A stretch of DNA of 64,000 nt from Longimicrobiales bacterium (GTDB lineage: Bacteria > Gemmatimonadota > Gemmatimonadetes > Longimicrobiales > Gaopeijiaceae): contig CBDBCF010000001.1 in the NCBI GenBank assembly GCA_965202985.1, forward strand, positions 672,001-736,000, written 5' to 3'. A program made the position numbers and the translations under genes. A model generated the notes under the pieces. The model did no database searches and was not told the DNA's origin. It saw nothing but the letters and a program-made list of their open reading frames with translations. Below, piece by piece: positions 63,856-64,000 of this stretch. Within the stretch, counting starts at the first letter, position 1. Each line of letters begins with the position of its first letter.

Positions 63856-64000
63856 GACAGTTCCCCCGCGCTCGCGGCGCAGGCCCGGCGATACAGGCGC
63901 AAGCGCTCCTTCCAGTCGGGGAAGCAGCGGATGCGTTCGAAGCCGGCCCGTCGCAGGGCCGCCCGGCGGGCGGGATCGCAAAGCACGCGCGCCAGGGCGC
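63852..64000 (-). CDS. Probable GT-B (family 4) glycosyltransferase C-terminus, truncated by window edge
   Basis: Manual translation ALARVLCDPARRAALRRAGFERIRCFPDW...LY..., with the stop overlapping the next GTG. Confidence 0.55.
   Translation of the reverse strand, partial: ALARVLCDPARRAALRRAGFERIRCFPDWKERLRLYRRACAASAGELS

Overview
High-GC bacterial chromosome segment; gene content and order suggest Gemmatimonadota (inference). The backbone is housekeeping and envelope genes, mostly on the minus strand: sulfurtransferase, HU, Zn-ADH, LPS core transferases (GT2, GT9, WaaA), prepilin peptidase, TrmH, ThiD, aroQ-efp-accB-accC-comB-ftsK-lolA, a SurA/PpiD-like chaperone, tatA/tatC, polyprenyl synthase, FtcD, an LptD-like protein, nrdR, the tol-pal-cpoB cluster and the end of a polysaccharide locus. 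Two giant paralogous genes (about 10.5 kb and 13.7 kb) interrupt this backbone, one downstream of lolA and one between tolB and pal. Each encodes a signal peptide, 17 or 25 tandem ~125-aa beta-rich repeats, five cadherin repeats and an autotransporter-like C-terminal barrel. Each has a long poly-C tract (17 or 28 nt on the coding strand) between an RBS-ATG and the signal peptide; as assembled, copy 2 is in frame and copy 1 is out of frame. Each is also preceded by the same 61-bp fragment resembling IS3 orfA, into which the upstream housekeeping gene reads. The C-terminal two-thirds or so are colinear between copies while the N-terminal tips differ. Together this looks like a dispersed, phase-variable, tip-diversified adhesin cassette family. 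An orphan Rpn/DUF4351-like C-terminal ORF is also present. I recognised no rRNA, tRNA or CRISPR array. All family calls are from motif recognition by eye, not database searches.
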